From positions 928,001-992,000 of the forward strand of contig CBDBCZ010000015.1 in assembly GCA_965203295.1 (NCBI GenBank): a stretch of 64,000 bases of DNA. Direction: 5' to 3'. A model generated the notes under the pieces. It did no database searches and was not told where the DNA came from. It saw nothing but the letters and a program-made list of their open reading frames with translations. The DNA comes from Nitrospirales bacterium. Its GTDB lineage: Bacteria > Nitrospirota > Nitrospiria > Nitrospirales > UBA8639. A program made the translations under genes and the position numbers. Positions 27,901 through 40,919 of this stretch are shown here, piece by piece. The stretch's first letter is position 1. Each line of letters opens with the position of its first letter.

Positions 27901-30900
27901 TTGGTCTCTAGCAAAGACTTTAAGCCAAAGTCACTAGCTACCATTTATCTGACCCTTCCCAACTGTTTAGAAAAAGAGCTGGTTATTCAAAGGCTAGTTT
28001 AGTTTGAATGATGTTAGTCAAATACAATAATCCTTAGGAAGTATCGATGTTCAAGAAAGGAACTGGTTATTCAAAGGCTTGTTTAGTTTGCTTGATGGTT
28101 GTCTGCAGATTAGAAAAGAAGTATTTTATAGAAAATCGTTCGTTTTGTTGGTCTCTAGCAAAGACTTTGAGCCAAAGTAACTAGCTACCATTGATCTGAC
28201 CCTTCCCAACTGTTTAGGAAAAGAACTGGTTATTCAAAGGCTTGTTTAGTTTAAATGATGTTAGTCGCATACAATACATGCTTAGGAAGTATCGATGCTC
28301 AAGAAAGGAACTGGTTATTCAAAGGCTTGTTTAGTTTGGTTGATGTTAGTCTGCAGATTAGGAAAGAAGGATTTTATAGAAAATTGTTAGTTTTGTTGGT
28401 CTCTAGCAAAGACTTTAAGCCGAAGTAACTAGCTACCATTGATTAGGAAAGAAGGATTTTATTGAAGATTGTTAGTTTTGTTGGTCTCTAGCAAAGACTT
28501 TAAGCCAAAGTAACTATCTACCATTGATCTGACCCTTCCCAACTGTTTAGGAAAAGAAGTTGTTATTCAAAGGCTTGTTTAGTTTGAATGATGTTAGTCA
28601 GAAGATTGGGAAAGAAGGATTTTATTGAAAATTGTTAGTTTTGTTGGTCTCTCGCAAAGACTTTAAGCCAAAGTAACTAGCTACCATTGATCTGACCCTT
28701 CCCAACTATTTAGGAAAAGAGCTGGTTATTCAAAGGCTTGTTTAGTTTGCTTGATGTTAGTCTGCACATTAGGAAAAAAGTATTTTATAGAAAATCGTTA
28801 GTTTTGTTAGTCTCTAGCAAAGACTTTGAGCCTAAGTAACTAGCTACCATTAATCTGACCCTTCCCAACTGTTTAGGAAAAGAACTAGTTATTCAAAGGC
28901 TTGTTTAGTTTAAATGATGTTAGTCGGATACAATACATCCTTAGGAAGTATCGATGTTCAAGAAAGGAACTGGTTATTCAAAGGCTTGTTTAGTTTGGTT
29001 GATGTTAGTCTGAAGATTAGGAAAGAAGGATTTTATAGAAAATTGTTAGTTTTGTTGGTCTCTAGCAAAGACTTTGAGCCAAAGTAACTAGCTATCATTG
29101 ATCTGACCCTTCCCAACTGTTTAGAAAAAGAACTGGTTATTCAAAGGCTTGTTTAGTTTGAATGATGTTAGTCAAATACAATACATGCCTAGGAAGTATC
29201 GATGTTCAAGAAAGGAACTATTTATTCAAAGGCTTGTTTAGTTTGGTTGATGTTTGTCTGAAGATTAGGAAAGAAGGATTTTATTGAAAATTGTTAGTTT
29301 TTTTGGTCTCTAGCAAAGACTTTAAGCCAAAGTAACTAGCTACCATTTATCTGACCCTTCCTAACTGTTTAGAAAAAGAACTGGTTTTTCAAAGGCCTTT
29401 TTAGTTTTGTTGACGTTAGCCTGAAGATTTGGAAAGAATGATTTTATTGAAAATTGTTAGTTTTGTTGGTATCTAGCAAAGACTTTAAGCCAAAGTAACT
29501 AGCTACCATTGATCTGACCCTTCCCAACTGTTTAGGAAAAGAACTTGTTATTCAAAGGCTTGTTTAGTTTGAATTATGTTAGTCTGAAGATTAGGAAAGA
29601 AGGATTTTATTGAAAATTGTTAGTTTTGTTGGTCTCTAGCAAAGACTTTAAGCCAAAGTCACTAGCTACCATTGATCTGACCCTTCCCAACTGTTTTGGA
29701 AAAGAACTGGTTATTCAAAGGCTTATTTAGTTTGAATGATGTAAGTCATATACAATACACGCTTAGGAAGTATTGATGTTCAAGAAAGGAACTTGTTATA
29801 TATTCAAAGGCTTGTTTAGTTTTGTTGATGTTAGTCTGAAGATTAGGAAAGAAGGATTTTATTGAAAATTGTTAGTTTTGTTGATCTCAGGCAAAGACTT
29901 TCAGCCAAAGTAAATGGCTACCATTGATCTGACCCTTCCAAACTGTTTAGGAAAAGAACCTGTTATTCAAAGGCTTGTTTAGTTTGAATTATGTTAGTCA
30001 GATACAATACATGCTTAGGAAGTATCGATGTTCAAGAAAGGAACTGGTTATTCAAAGGCCGGTTGAGTTTGGTTGATGTTAGTCTGAAGATTAGGAAAGA
30101 AGAATTTTACTCAAAAATTGTTATTTTTTTTTGTCTCTAGCAAAGACTTTAAGCCAAAGTAACTAGCTACCATTGATCTGACCCTTCCCAACTGGTTAGG
30201 AAACGAACTGGTTATTCAAAGTCTAGTTTAGTTTGAATGATGTTAGTCAAATACAATACATCCTTAGGAAGTATCGATGTTCAAGAAAGGAACTGGTTAT
30301 TCAAAGGCTTGTTTAATTTGGTTGATGTTAGTCTGCAGATTAGGAAAGAAGGATTTTTTTGAAAATTGTTTGTTTTGTTGGTCTCTAGCAAAGACTTTAA
30401 GCCAAAGTCACTAGCTACCATTGATCTGACCCTTCCCAACTGTTAAGAAAAAGAGCTGGTTATTCAAAGGCTAGTTTAGTTTGAATGATGTTAGTCAAAT
30501 ACAATAATCCTAAGGAAGTATCGATGTTCAAGAAAGGAACTGGTTATTCAAAGGCTTGTTTAGTTTGCTTGATGTTAGTCTGAAAATTAGGAAAGAAGTA
30601 TTTAGTTTTGTTAGTCTCTAGCAAAGACTTTGAGCCAAAGTAACTAGCTACCATTGATCTGACCCTTCCCAACTGTTTTGGAAAAGAACTGGTTATTCAA
30701 AAGCTTATTTAGTTTGAATGATGTTAGTCATATACAATACATGCTTAGGAAGTATCGATGTTCAAGAAAGGAACTTGTTATTCAAAGGCTTGTTTAGTTT
30801 GGTTGATGTTAGTCTGAAGATTAGGAAAGAAGGATTTTATTTAAAATTGTTAGTTTTGTTGATCTCAGGCAAAGACTTTCAGCCAAAGTAACTAGCTACC

Positions 30901-33900
30901 ATTGATCTGACCCTTCCCAACTGTATAGGAAAAGAACCTGTTATTCAAAGGCTTGTTTAGTTTGAATGATGTTAGTCAGATACAATGCATGCTTAGGAAG
31001 TATCGTTGTTCAAGAAAGGAACTGGTTATTCAAAGGCTAGTTTAGTTTGAATGATATTAGTCAAATACAATACATCCTTAGGAAGTATCGATGTTCAAGA
31101 AAGGAACTGGTTATTCAAAGGCTTGTTTAATTTGGTTGATGTTAGTCTGCAGATTAGGAAAGAAGTATTTTATAGAAAATCTTTAGTTTTTGGTTGGTCT
31201 CTAGCAAAGACTTTGAGCCAAAGTAACTAGCTACCATTGATCTGACCCTTCCCTACTGTTTAGGAAAAGAACTGGTTATTCAAAGGCTTGATTAGTTTTA
31301 ATGATGTTAGTCGGATACAATATATGTTTAGGAAGTGTCGATGTTCAAGAAAGGAACTGGTTATTCAAAGGCTTGTTTAGTTTGGTTGATGTTTGTCTGA
31401 AGATTAGGAAAGAAGGATTTTATTGAAAATTGTTAGTTTTGTTGGTCTCTAGCAAAGATTTTAAGCCAAAGTAACTTGCTACCATTTATCTGACCTTTCC
31501 CAACTGTTTTGAAAAAGAACTGGTTATTCAAAGGCTTGTTTAGTTTGAATGATGTTAGTCTGAAGATTAGGAAAGAAGGATTTTATTGAAAATTGTTAGT
31601 TTTGTTGGTCTCTAGAAAAGACTTTAAGCCAAAGTAACTAGCTACCATTTTTCTGACCCTTCCTAACTGTTTAGAAAGAACTGGTTTTTCAAAGGCCTGT
31701 TTTAGTTTTGTTGATGTTAGCCTGAAGATTTGGAAAGAAGGATTTTATTGAAAATTGTTAGTTTTGTTGGTCTCTAGCAAAGACTTTAAGCCAAAGTTAC
31801 TAGCTACCATTGATCTGACCCTTCCGAACTATTTAGAAAATGAGCTGGTTATTCAAAAACTTGTTTTGTTTGAATGATATTAGTCAGATACATTACATGC
31901 TTAGGAAGTATCAATGTCGAAGAAAGGAACTGGTTATTCAAAGGCTTGTTTAGTTTGGTTGATGTTAGTGTGAAGATTAGGAAAGAAGGATTTTATTTAA
32001 AATTGTTAGTTTTTTTGTCTCTAGCAAAGACTTTAAGCCAAAGTAACTTGCTACCATTTATCTGACCCTTCCCAACCTGTTTAGAAAAAGAGCTGGTTAT
32101 TCAAAGGCCTGTTTAGTTTTGTTGATGTTAGCCTGAAGATTAGGAAAGAAGGATTTTATTGAAAATTGTTAGTTTTGTTGGTCTCTAGCAAAGACTTTAA
32201 GCCAAAGTAACTAGCTACCATTTTTCTGACCCTTCCTAACTGTTTAGAAAAGAACTGGTTATTCAAAGGCCTGTTTAGTTTGAATGATATTAGTCAGATA
32301 CATTACATGCTTAGGAAGTATCAATGTCGAAGAAAGGAACTGGTTATTCAAAGGCTTGTTTAGTTTGGTTGATGTTAGTGTGAAGATTAGGAAAGAAGGT
32401 TTTATTTAAATTGTTAGTTTTTTTGTCTCTAGCAAAGACTTTAAGCCAAAGTACTTGCTACCATTTATCTGACCCTTCCCAACTGTTAGAAAAAGAGCTG
32501 GTTATTCAAAGGCCTGTTTAGTTTTGTTGATGTTAGCCTGAAGATTAGGAAAGAAGGATTTTATTGAAAATTGTTAGTTTTGTTGGTCTCTAGCAAAGAC
32601 TTTAAGCCAAAGTAACTAGCTACCATTTTTCTGACCCTTCCTAACTGTTTAGAAAGAACTGGTTATTCAAAGGCCTGTTTAGTTTTGTTGATGTTAGCCT
32701 GAAGATTAGGAAAGAAGGATTTTATTGAAATTGTTAGTTTTGTTGGTCTCTAGCAAAGATTTTAAGCCAAAGTTACTAGCTACCATTGATCTGACCCTTC
32801 CGAACTATTTAGAAAATGAGCTGGTTATTCAAAGGCTTGTTTTGTTTGAATGATATTAGTCAGTTACAATACATGCTTAGGAAATATCAATGTTCAAGAA
32901 AGGAACTGGTTATTCAAAGGCTTGTTTAGTTTGGTTGATGTTAGTCTGAAGATTAGAAAGAAGGATTTTATTTTAAATTGTTAGTTTTTTTGTCTCTAGC
33001 AAAGACTTTAAGCCAAAGTAACTTTCTACCATTTATCTGACCCTTCCCAACTGTTTAGAAAAAGAGCTGGTTATTCAAAGGCCTGTTTAGTTTTGTTGAT
33101 GTTAGCCTGAAGATTAGGAAAGAAGGATTTTATTGAAAATTGTTAGTTTTGTTGGTCTCACGTAAAGACTTTCAGCCAAAGTAACTGGCTACCATTGATC
33201 TGACCCTTCCCAACTGTTTAGGAAAAGAACTGTTTATTCAAAGGCTTGTTTAGTTTGGTTGATGTTAGTCTGAAGATTAGGAAAAAAGGATTTTATTTAA
33301 AATTGTTAGTTTTTTTGTCTCTAGCAAAGACTTTAAGCCAAAGTAACTTGCAACCATTTATCTGACCCTTCCCAACTGTTTAGAAAAAGAGCTGGTTTTT
33401 CAAAGGCCTGTTTAGTTTTGTTGATGTTAGCCTGAAGATTAGGAAAGAAGGATTTTATTGAAAATTGTTAGTTTTGTTGGTCTCAGGCAAAGACTTTCAG
33501 CCAAAGTAACTGGCTACCATTGATCTGACCCTTCCCAACTGTTTTGGAAAAGAACTGGTTATTCAAAGCCTTGTTTAGTTTGAATGATGTTAGTCAAATA
33601 CAATACATCCTTAGGAAGTATCGATGTTCAAGAAAGGACTGGTTATTCAAAGGCTTGTTTAATTTGGTTGATGTTAGTCTGCAGATTAGGAAAGAAGGAT
33701 TTTATTGAAAATTGTTAGTTTTGTTGGTCTCTAGCAAAGACTTTAAGCCAAAGTAACTAGCTACCATTGATCTGACCCTTCCCAACTGTTTAGGAAAAGA
33801 ACTGGTTATTCAAAGGCTTGTTTAGTTTGAATGATGTTAGTCTGAATATTAGGAAAGAAGGATTTTATTGAAAATTGTTAGTTTTGTTGGTCTCACGTAA

Positions 33901-36900
33901 AGACTTTCAGCCAAAGTAACTGGCTACCATTGATCTGACCCTTCCCAACTGTTTAGGAAAAGAACTGGTTATTCAAAGGCCTATTTAGTTTGGTTGATGT
34001 TAGTCTGAAGATTAGGAAAAAAGGATTTTATTTAAATTGTTAGTTTTTTTGTCTCTAGCAAAGACTTTAAGCCAAAGTAACTAGCTACCATTGATCTGAC
34101 CCTTCCCAACTGGTTAGGAAACGAACTGGTTATTCAAATGCTAGTTTAGTTTGAATGATGTTAGTCAAATACAATACATCCTTAGGAAGTATCGATGTTC
34201 AAGAAAGGAACTGGTTATTCAAAGGCTTGTTTAATTTGGTTGATGTTAGTCTGCAGATTAGGAAAGAAGGATTTTATTGAAAATTGTTAGTTTTGTTGGT
34301 CTCTAGCAAAGACTTTAAGCAAAGTAACTAGCTACCATTGATTAGGAAAGAAGGATTTTATTGAAAATTGTTAGTTTTGTTGGTCTCTAGCAAAGACTTT
34401 AAGCCAAAGTAACTAGCTACCATTGATCTGACCCTTCCCCAACTGTTTAGGAAAAGAACTTGTTATTCAAAGGCTTGTTTAGTTTGAATTATGTTAGTCT
34501 GAAGATTAGGAAAGAAGGATTTTATTGAAAATTGATAGTTTTGTTGGTCTCTAGCAAAGACTTTAAGCCAAAGTAACTAGCTACCATTGATCTGACCCTT
34601 CCCAACTGTTTATAAAAAGAGCTGGTTATTCAAAGGCTAGTTTAGTTTGAATGATGTTAGTCAAATACAATAATCCTTAGGAAGTATCGATGTTCAAGAA
34701 AGGAACTGGTTATTCAAAGGCTTGTTTAGTTTGGTTGATGTTAGTCTGCAGATTAGGAAAGAAGTATTTTAATGAAAATTATTAGTTTTGTTGGTCTCTA
34801 GCAAAGACTTTAAGCCAAAGTACTAGCTACCTTTGATCTGACCCTTCCCAACTGTTTAGAAAAAGAGCTGGTTATTCAAAAGCTTGTTTAGTTTGAATGA
34901 TGTTAGTCAGATACAATACACGCTTAGGAAATATCGATGTTCAAGAAAGGAACTGGTTATCAAAGGCTTGTTTAGTTTGGTTGATGTAAGTCTGAAGATT
35001 AGGAAAGAAGAATTTTATTGAAAATTGTTAGTTGTGTTGGTCTCAGGCAAAGACTTTCATTCTTGTTTAGTTTGAATGATGTTAGTCAGATACAATACAT
35101 GCTTAGGAAGTATCGATGTTCAAGAAAGGAACTGGTTATTCAAAGTCTTGTTTAGTTTGCTTGATGTTAGTGTGCAGATTAGGAAAGAAGTATTTTATAG
35201 AAAATCGTTATTTTTGTTGGTCTCTAGCAAAGACTTTGAGCCAAAGTAACTAGCTACCATTGATCTGACCCTTCCCAACTGTTTAGGAAAAGAACTGGTT
35301 ATTCAAAGGCTTGATTAGTTTTAATGATGTTACCCGGATATAATACATGTTTATGAAGTGTCGATGTTCAAGAAAGGAACTGTTATTCAAAGGCTTGTTT
35401 AGTTTGGTTGATGTTAGTCTGTAGATTAGGAAAGAAGGATTTTATTGAAAATTGTTAGTTTTGTTGGTCTCAGGCAAAGACTTTCAGCCAAAGTAACTAG
35501 CTACCATTGATCTGACCCTTCCTAACTGTTTAGGAAAAGAACTGGTTATGCAAAGGCTTGTTTAGTTTGAATGATGTTAGTCTGAAGATTAGGAAAGAAG
35601 GATTTTATTGAAAATTGTTAGTTTTGTTTGTCTCTAGCAAAGACTTTAAGCCAAGTAACTAGCTACCATTTATCTGACCCTTCCCAACTGTTTAGAAAAA
35701 GAACTGGTTATTCAGAGGCCTGTTTAGTTTGAATGATGTTAGTCAGATACAATACACGCTTAGAAAGTATCGATGTTCAAGAAAGGAACTGGTTATTCAA
35801 AGGCTTGTTTAGTTTGGTTGATGTTAGTCTGAAGATTAGGAAAGAAGGATTTTATTGAAAATTGTTATTTTTATTGGTCTCAGGCAAAGACTTTCAGCCA
35901 AAGTAACTGGCTACCATTGATCTGACCCTTCCCAACTGTTTAGGAAAAGAACTGGTTATTCAAAGGCTTGTTTAGTTTGAATGATGTTAGTCAGATACAA
36001 TACATGCTTAGGAAGTATCGATGTTCAAGAAAGGAACTGGTTATTCAAAGGCTTAATTAGTTTTAATGATGTTAGTCGGATACAATACATGTTTAGGAAG
36101 TGTCGATGTTCAAGAAAGGACTGGTTATTCAAAGGCTTGTTTAGTTTGAATGATGTTAGTCTGAAGATTAGGAAAGAAGGATTTTATTGAAAATTGTTAG
36201 TTTTGTTGGTCTCTAGCAAAGACTTTAAGCCAAAGTAACTAGCTACCATTGATCTGACCCTTCCCAACTGTTTAGGAGATGAACTGGTTATTCAAAGGCT
36301 TGTTTAGTTTGAATGCTGTTAGTCTGAAGATTAGGAAAGAAGGATTTTATTGAAAATTATTAGTTTTGTTGGTCTCTTGCAAAGACTTTAAGCCAAAGTA
36401 ACTAGCTACCATTTATCTGACCCTTCCCAACTGTTTAGAAAAAGAACTGGTTATTCAAAGGCCTGTTTAGTTTGAATGATGTTAGTCAGATACAATACAC
36501 GCTTAGGAAGTATCGATGTTCAAGAAAGGAACTGGTTATTCAAAGGCTTGGTTGATGTTAGTCTGAAGATTAGGAAAGAAGGATTTTATTAAAAATTGTT
36601 AGTTTTGTTGGTCTCAGGCAAAGACTTTCAGCCAAAGTAACTGGCTACCATTGATCTGACCCTTCCCAACTGTTTAGGAAAAGAACTTGTTATTCAAAGG
36701 CTTGTTTAGTTTGAATAATGTTAGTCTGAAGATTAGGAAAGAAGGATTTTATTGAAAATTGTTAGTTTTGTTGGTCTCTAGCAAAGACTTTAAGTCAAAG
36801 TAACTAGCTACCATTTATCTGACCCTTCCCAACTGTTTAGAAAAAAGAACTGGTTATTCAAAGGCCTGTTTAGTTTGAATGATGTTAGTTAGATACCATA

Positions 36901-37704
36901 CACGCTTAGGAAGTATCGATGTTCAAGAAAGGAACTGGTTATTCAAAGGCTTGGTTGATGTTAGTCTGAAGATTAGGAAAGAAGGATTTTATTGAAAATT
37001 GTTAGTTTTGTTGGTCTCAGGCAAAGACTTTCAGCCAAAGTAACTGGCTACCATTGATCTGACCCTTTCCAACTGTTTAGGAAAAGAACTTGTTATTCAA
37101 AGGCTTGTTTAGTTTGAATGATGTTAGTCAGATACAATACATGCTTAGGAAGTATCGCTGTTCAAGAAAGGAACTGGTTATTCAAAGGCTTGATTAGTTT
37201 TAATGATATTAGTCGGATACAATACATGTTTAGGAAGTGTCGATGTTCAAGAAAGGAACTGGTTATTCAAAGGCTTGTTTAGTTTGGTTGATGTTAGTCT
37301 GAAGATCAGGAAAGAATGATTTTAATGAAAATTGTTAGTTTTGTTGGTCTCAGGCAAAGACTTTCAGCCAAAGTAACTAGCTACCATTTATCTGACCCTT
37401 CCTAACTGTTTAGGAAAAGAACTGGTTATTCAAAGGCTTGTTTAGTTTGAATGATGTTAGTCTGAAGATTAGGAAAGAAGGATTTTATTGAAAATTGTTA
37501 GTTTTGTTGGTCTCTAGCAAAGACTTTAAGCCAAAGTAACTATCTACCATTTATCTGACCCTTCCCAGCTGTTTAGAAAAAGAACTGGTTATTCAAAGGC
37601 TAGTTTAAGGCAAAGAATTTCAGCCAAAGTAACAGGCTACCATTGATCTGACTCTTCCTAACTGTTTAGGAAAAGAACTGGTTTAAGATTCAATAGCTCG
37701 TTTA
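3922..37704 (+). repeat. Modular AT-rich satellite array 1 (~33.8 kb; 248-bp and 163-bp units intermixed)
   Basis: The GCTACCATTGATCTGACCCTTCCCAACTG anchor recurs at 4001, 4249 and 4497 (248 bp) and at 7651 and 7814 (163 bp). The difference is an optional 85-bp module, AGATACAATACATGCTTAGGAAGTATCGATG...GATGTTAGTC. Confidence 0.99.
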
Positions 37705-37860
37705 CAGACTCATCCACCCAACTCATGTCATGAAGATTGTTGAAATTGCCCCCCCCTGAGGGGTGGCTCTGGAAGGGAGCTCCGCCATCTACATGATACA
37801 GCACAGCACCAGAACACCATGTTTGAATGGCGAAGGTCCAGCCAAGAAACTGCAGTATTG
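37705..37860 (+). mobile_element. BEL/Pao gag remnant (truncated copy of 52093-52250)
   Basis: CAGACTCATCCACC...GAAATTGCCCCCCCCTGAG...CCAAGAAACTGCAGT is near-identical to the 3' part of the gag fragment at 52093+. Confidence 0.85.
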
Positions 37861-37980
37861 CTGTGAGATTACGGCCTGTGAGTTGCAGGAGCATGTGCAT
37901 GCATATACATATACGTATATGTAGTTGCCTTTGGCTGCTGATTGTGAAAGCTGACCCTTCTTACCCTCTCCCCGTTCAAG

Positions 37981-39702
37981 GATGATCTACCTGGGAGAAA
38001 ATTTCAGTGGCTTTGTTACCGTGCGCAACGACAGCCAGGAGGTGGTGAAGGAAACCATCTTTAAGGTAGGTTGCAGCAGAGCCAAGGAGTGAGCGTCTGT
38101 ACAAAATGTCATGTAACAGACAGAACTATGTACGTATATGATCTCTGTCTGGTCTTGCAGTCACCAAGTAATTAAAGCTACATAGTGTCGTGTCGTATTG
38201 CCAGTTTTATTTTCATGACCATAAAATATCGGTGTGGGAAGGCTTAGTTGCGACCCTAGCAATATTAGGACAAATTATGCATGTAATGCATAGGTATAGG
38301 AGATGGCTGACTCTGTCTGTACTGAAGTTTTGTGTCTGAAGGCCATACAGATCTGCTCCGTTTATATTCCTTATAAGGACAAGTCACAAATGTCTATCGC
38401 TAATTGCTGCTATAGTTACTGCTCACTGCAGCACTTATCTTGAACTTGGCAGTGTGTATAGTAGTTGCGTCTTCACATTGTACAGGTGGAACTATTGACT
38501 CCTTCCAGCTGGACCCGGGGGGAGTTGTTAAGAGCGAATCATAGCGCATGAAGTAAAGGAACTGGGAGAGCACAGGTAAGAGATATACGTAGCCTTGATT
38601 CGAAGCTATAAGAGATACACATAACTGTCTATGTAGGTAATGAGAGAGTGTATATGCATTGAAGGGAATGGGTGGGTGAGAACATCAACATAGAAGTATG
38701 TTATGTAGCTTCATATGTGACTTACGTTATTTGGACGTGGATCTATGTCACATTCACCTGTAAAGGATATCTCCACTGTCCCTCCAGTGTTAGGCACGGC
38801 CTCAAATGCTTTTTGTTTGTGAAGTCGCATGCAACACGCCTTTCAAAACCCTCATATAGCGGTTTTTAAAGTACCAATCTCTTGATTTCCTCAACGTTAT
38901 ATATTACTACAGCCTCATCTGTACTTCCACCTGCACTGTGCACTCCACAAGAGAAGAACATTTCCTTCGCAAATTTTTCAAGTTCAATGTAAGCATTTTA
39001 CTGTTCAATGTAAGCATTTTACTGTAAATAGTAAAGCCATGAGTGTAACTTCGGCATTGATTGTAAGCTGTATTCAGTCCATTGCTGACAGTGTGCTAAA
39101 TTATGGTCTTGTGTCTCTCTCAAATACAGGTTGCTAAACCACTTGATGTAAAGACGAAGTTTTTTAACATAGAGGTATGTACAGAGGTGTGATAAGAGCA
39201 TTAGCAAAATGTTCTACGTGTGTAGGGGAATTTATGTCTGTCAGGTAGCTGAAATTCTATAACCAGCCAGAGCGTGAACAATGGACACAGGGACTGTGCA
39301 GAATAGTTACAAAGTACCTGTAGTTGATCACTGATCTGCTTGTTGAGTTGTCAGTAGATCTACATGTACTATGTACTATAGACGAAATCAAACACCCTGC
39401 TTCATTAACAGACCATCTCAAGAAATTGTATAAAGTACACTAACCCTGTTCCCATTGTAGCTTGTAGCCCCCACACTATGTATTTTCTGAGTGCCTGGGA
39501 ATGAGGCCACGTCATTATGTACGTAGTTGATGGCTTGTGAATGATGAACTGCATAATAAACCACGCAGGATGATATTCTTCTTCTTCAAGTTCAGATCCA
39601 GAACACCACTACAGGTCCAATGTACTCAGAAGTTGTAAAGTTTGACCCTGCTGCGGGCTTTGAAGCTGTTAATCTCAACAAGCTTGAAAATAGAGATAAA
39701 GA
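37981..39702 (+). pseudogene. TRAPPC13: TRAPPC13 fragment, copy B: exons 37981-38065, 38486-38575 (frameshifted), 38913-38988, 39130-39174, 39569-39702
   Basis: AG/GT-bounded exons translate to MIYLGENFSGFVTVRNDSQEVVKETIFK / VELLTPS...IIAHEVKELGEH / LICTSTCTVHSTREEHFLRKFFKFN / [15 protein letters not shown] / DDILLLQVQIQNTTTGPMYSEVVKFDPAAGFEAVNLN. These match the recalled TRAPPC13 motifs [40 protein letters not shown] and LEAQIQN. The 38486 exon is 90 nt (3n+2 is needed) and gives an in-frame TGA. A possible truncated next exon starts at 39914. Confidence 0.93.
38982..39023 (+). repeat. 21-bp tandem duplication spanning an exon donor site
   Basis: GTTCAATGTAAGCATTTTACT occurs twice in tandem. 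Confidence 0.9.
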
Positions 39703-40919
39703 GTAAGTCCATTTGAAATGTAAAAAACTGATGCTAACAGAGGTATAAGAATACATTTGGTTCTGTGTGCGCCTGTGCGTGTGTAACGGATGTGACGTCC
39801 ACTAATAAACCATGATTGCACGATACTGTAAGTGTAAACCGTGCACAGCTGTAACTGCTATGCTAGACGTGCATAAAATAAAGTCAGTGCCGTTCATCTA
39901 CATGTACATGCAGGCTGAAAGATTCCCCGGAACTACTTGAGTCTGAAAGACTTATGCTAGTTGGTAGGTTGTGCTATGTTTGTGTATATAATATTAAACC
40001 GATCTATTCTGGGAGCACTATTTGTAGTTTTTACCACCCAGATAAACATGAAGTGCACCCCAGCTGGTACTAAGTTATAGTTGTCGTGGACTTTGCCCAG
40101 GACAGCTATATTTTGTTTCTTTTTTTGTGGAAAACTATTTCAGAAGCTTCTGGGAGAGTGTACAAACCATACTACATTAGCTACTACGTATGTGTGAATT
40201 AAGCAATTTAATGCACACTCATGTGATCGATTTTGAGACTTCTGATCTGTTGAAGGTCACATGAGTAGAATTAAGTGTTGCTTATGGTCGGAAAATAGTA
40301 CAGACATGTATTATGGCAAGATAGCCACTATGGACAGAATTTGTAATTTGCTGAAACACTTAACTTCGTCTAGTGTAGCAATATGTACATTGATTGTATC
40401 ATTGTAACTTAGAACATTCTTGTAACTCATGCCATGAGCCTTGGGACCATTACTAAAAGTGTCTCATGTATTGCTGGTTTACCTGGAACAGTCTCCTGAT
40501 TACTGGTAAAAGTGTCTAGGGGATGGTTTAGCTATAACATATTGTGTATATATAGTAACACATTTGATTATTTCTGTGTAGGTTGGAAGTGAAATGAACA
40601 TGTCAGATACATGTGCCTTTATCATCTGATAAGTGATATTGTTTTACCTATGTTCTTTTATTGCTGTAGTTGAATGCTGTATGTGAATGCTTTCTATGTA
40701 TGTTGTTACCTGTCACTTGGACACAAGAGTTTAGAAGTAAAATACGGGCATGCCAGGCACTAATTGCATTCATGCAGGGTTAGGGATGGGGTTGTAGAAT
40801 CAAGCTCTGTTGTGTCATTGCTACCTTGTTTGGTTACTTTTTTGCGATTCCATCCCTACATGCTCTTTCATTTTTAAATGATTTCTTTCAAACTTTTATT
40901 ATTCAGTGTGCTATAATGC

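Noticed and set aside
3922..37704. CRISPR-like array (44-bp core recurring with intervening sequence)
   Set aside because: The intervening sequences are only two or three recurring types rather than unique spacers. There are no cas genes and the context is eukaryotic.
39441..39509. Fifth member of the TAGYCTCG palindrome family (TAACCCTGTTCCCA...TGGGAATGAGGCCA)
   Set aside because: The ends are too decayed and there is no flanking duplication.
37981..39702. Intact TRAPPC13 CDS
   Set aside because: The 38486 exon has a frameshift with an in-frame stop, and the first exon and the C-terminal half were not found.
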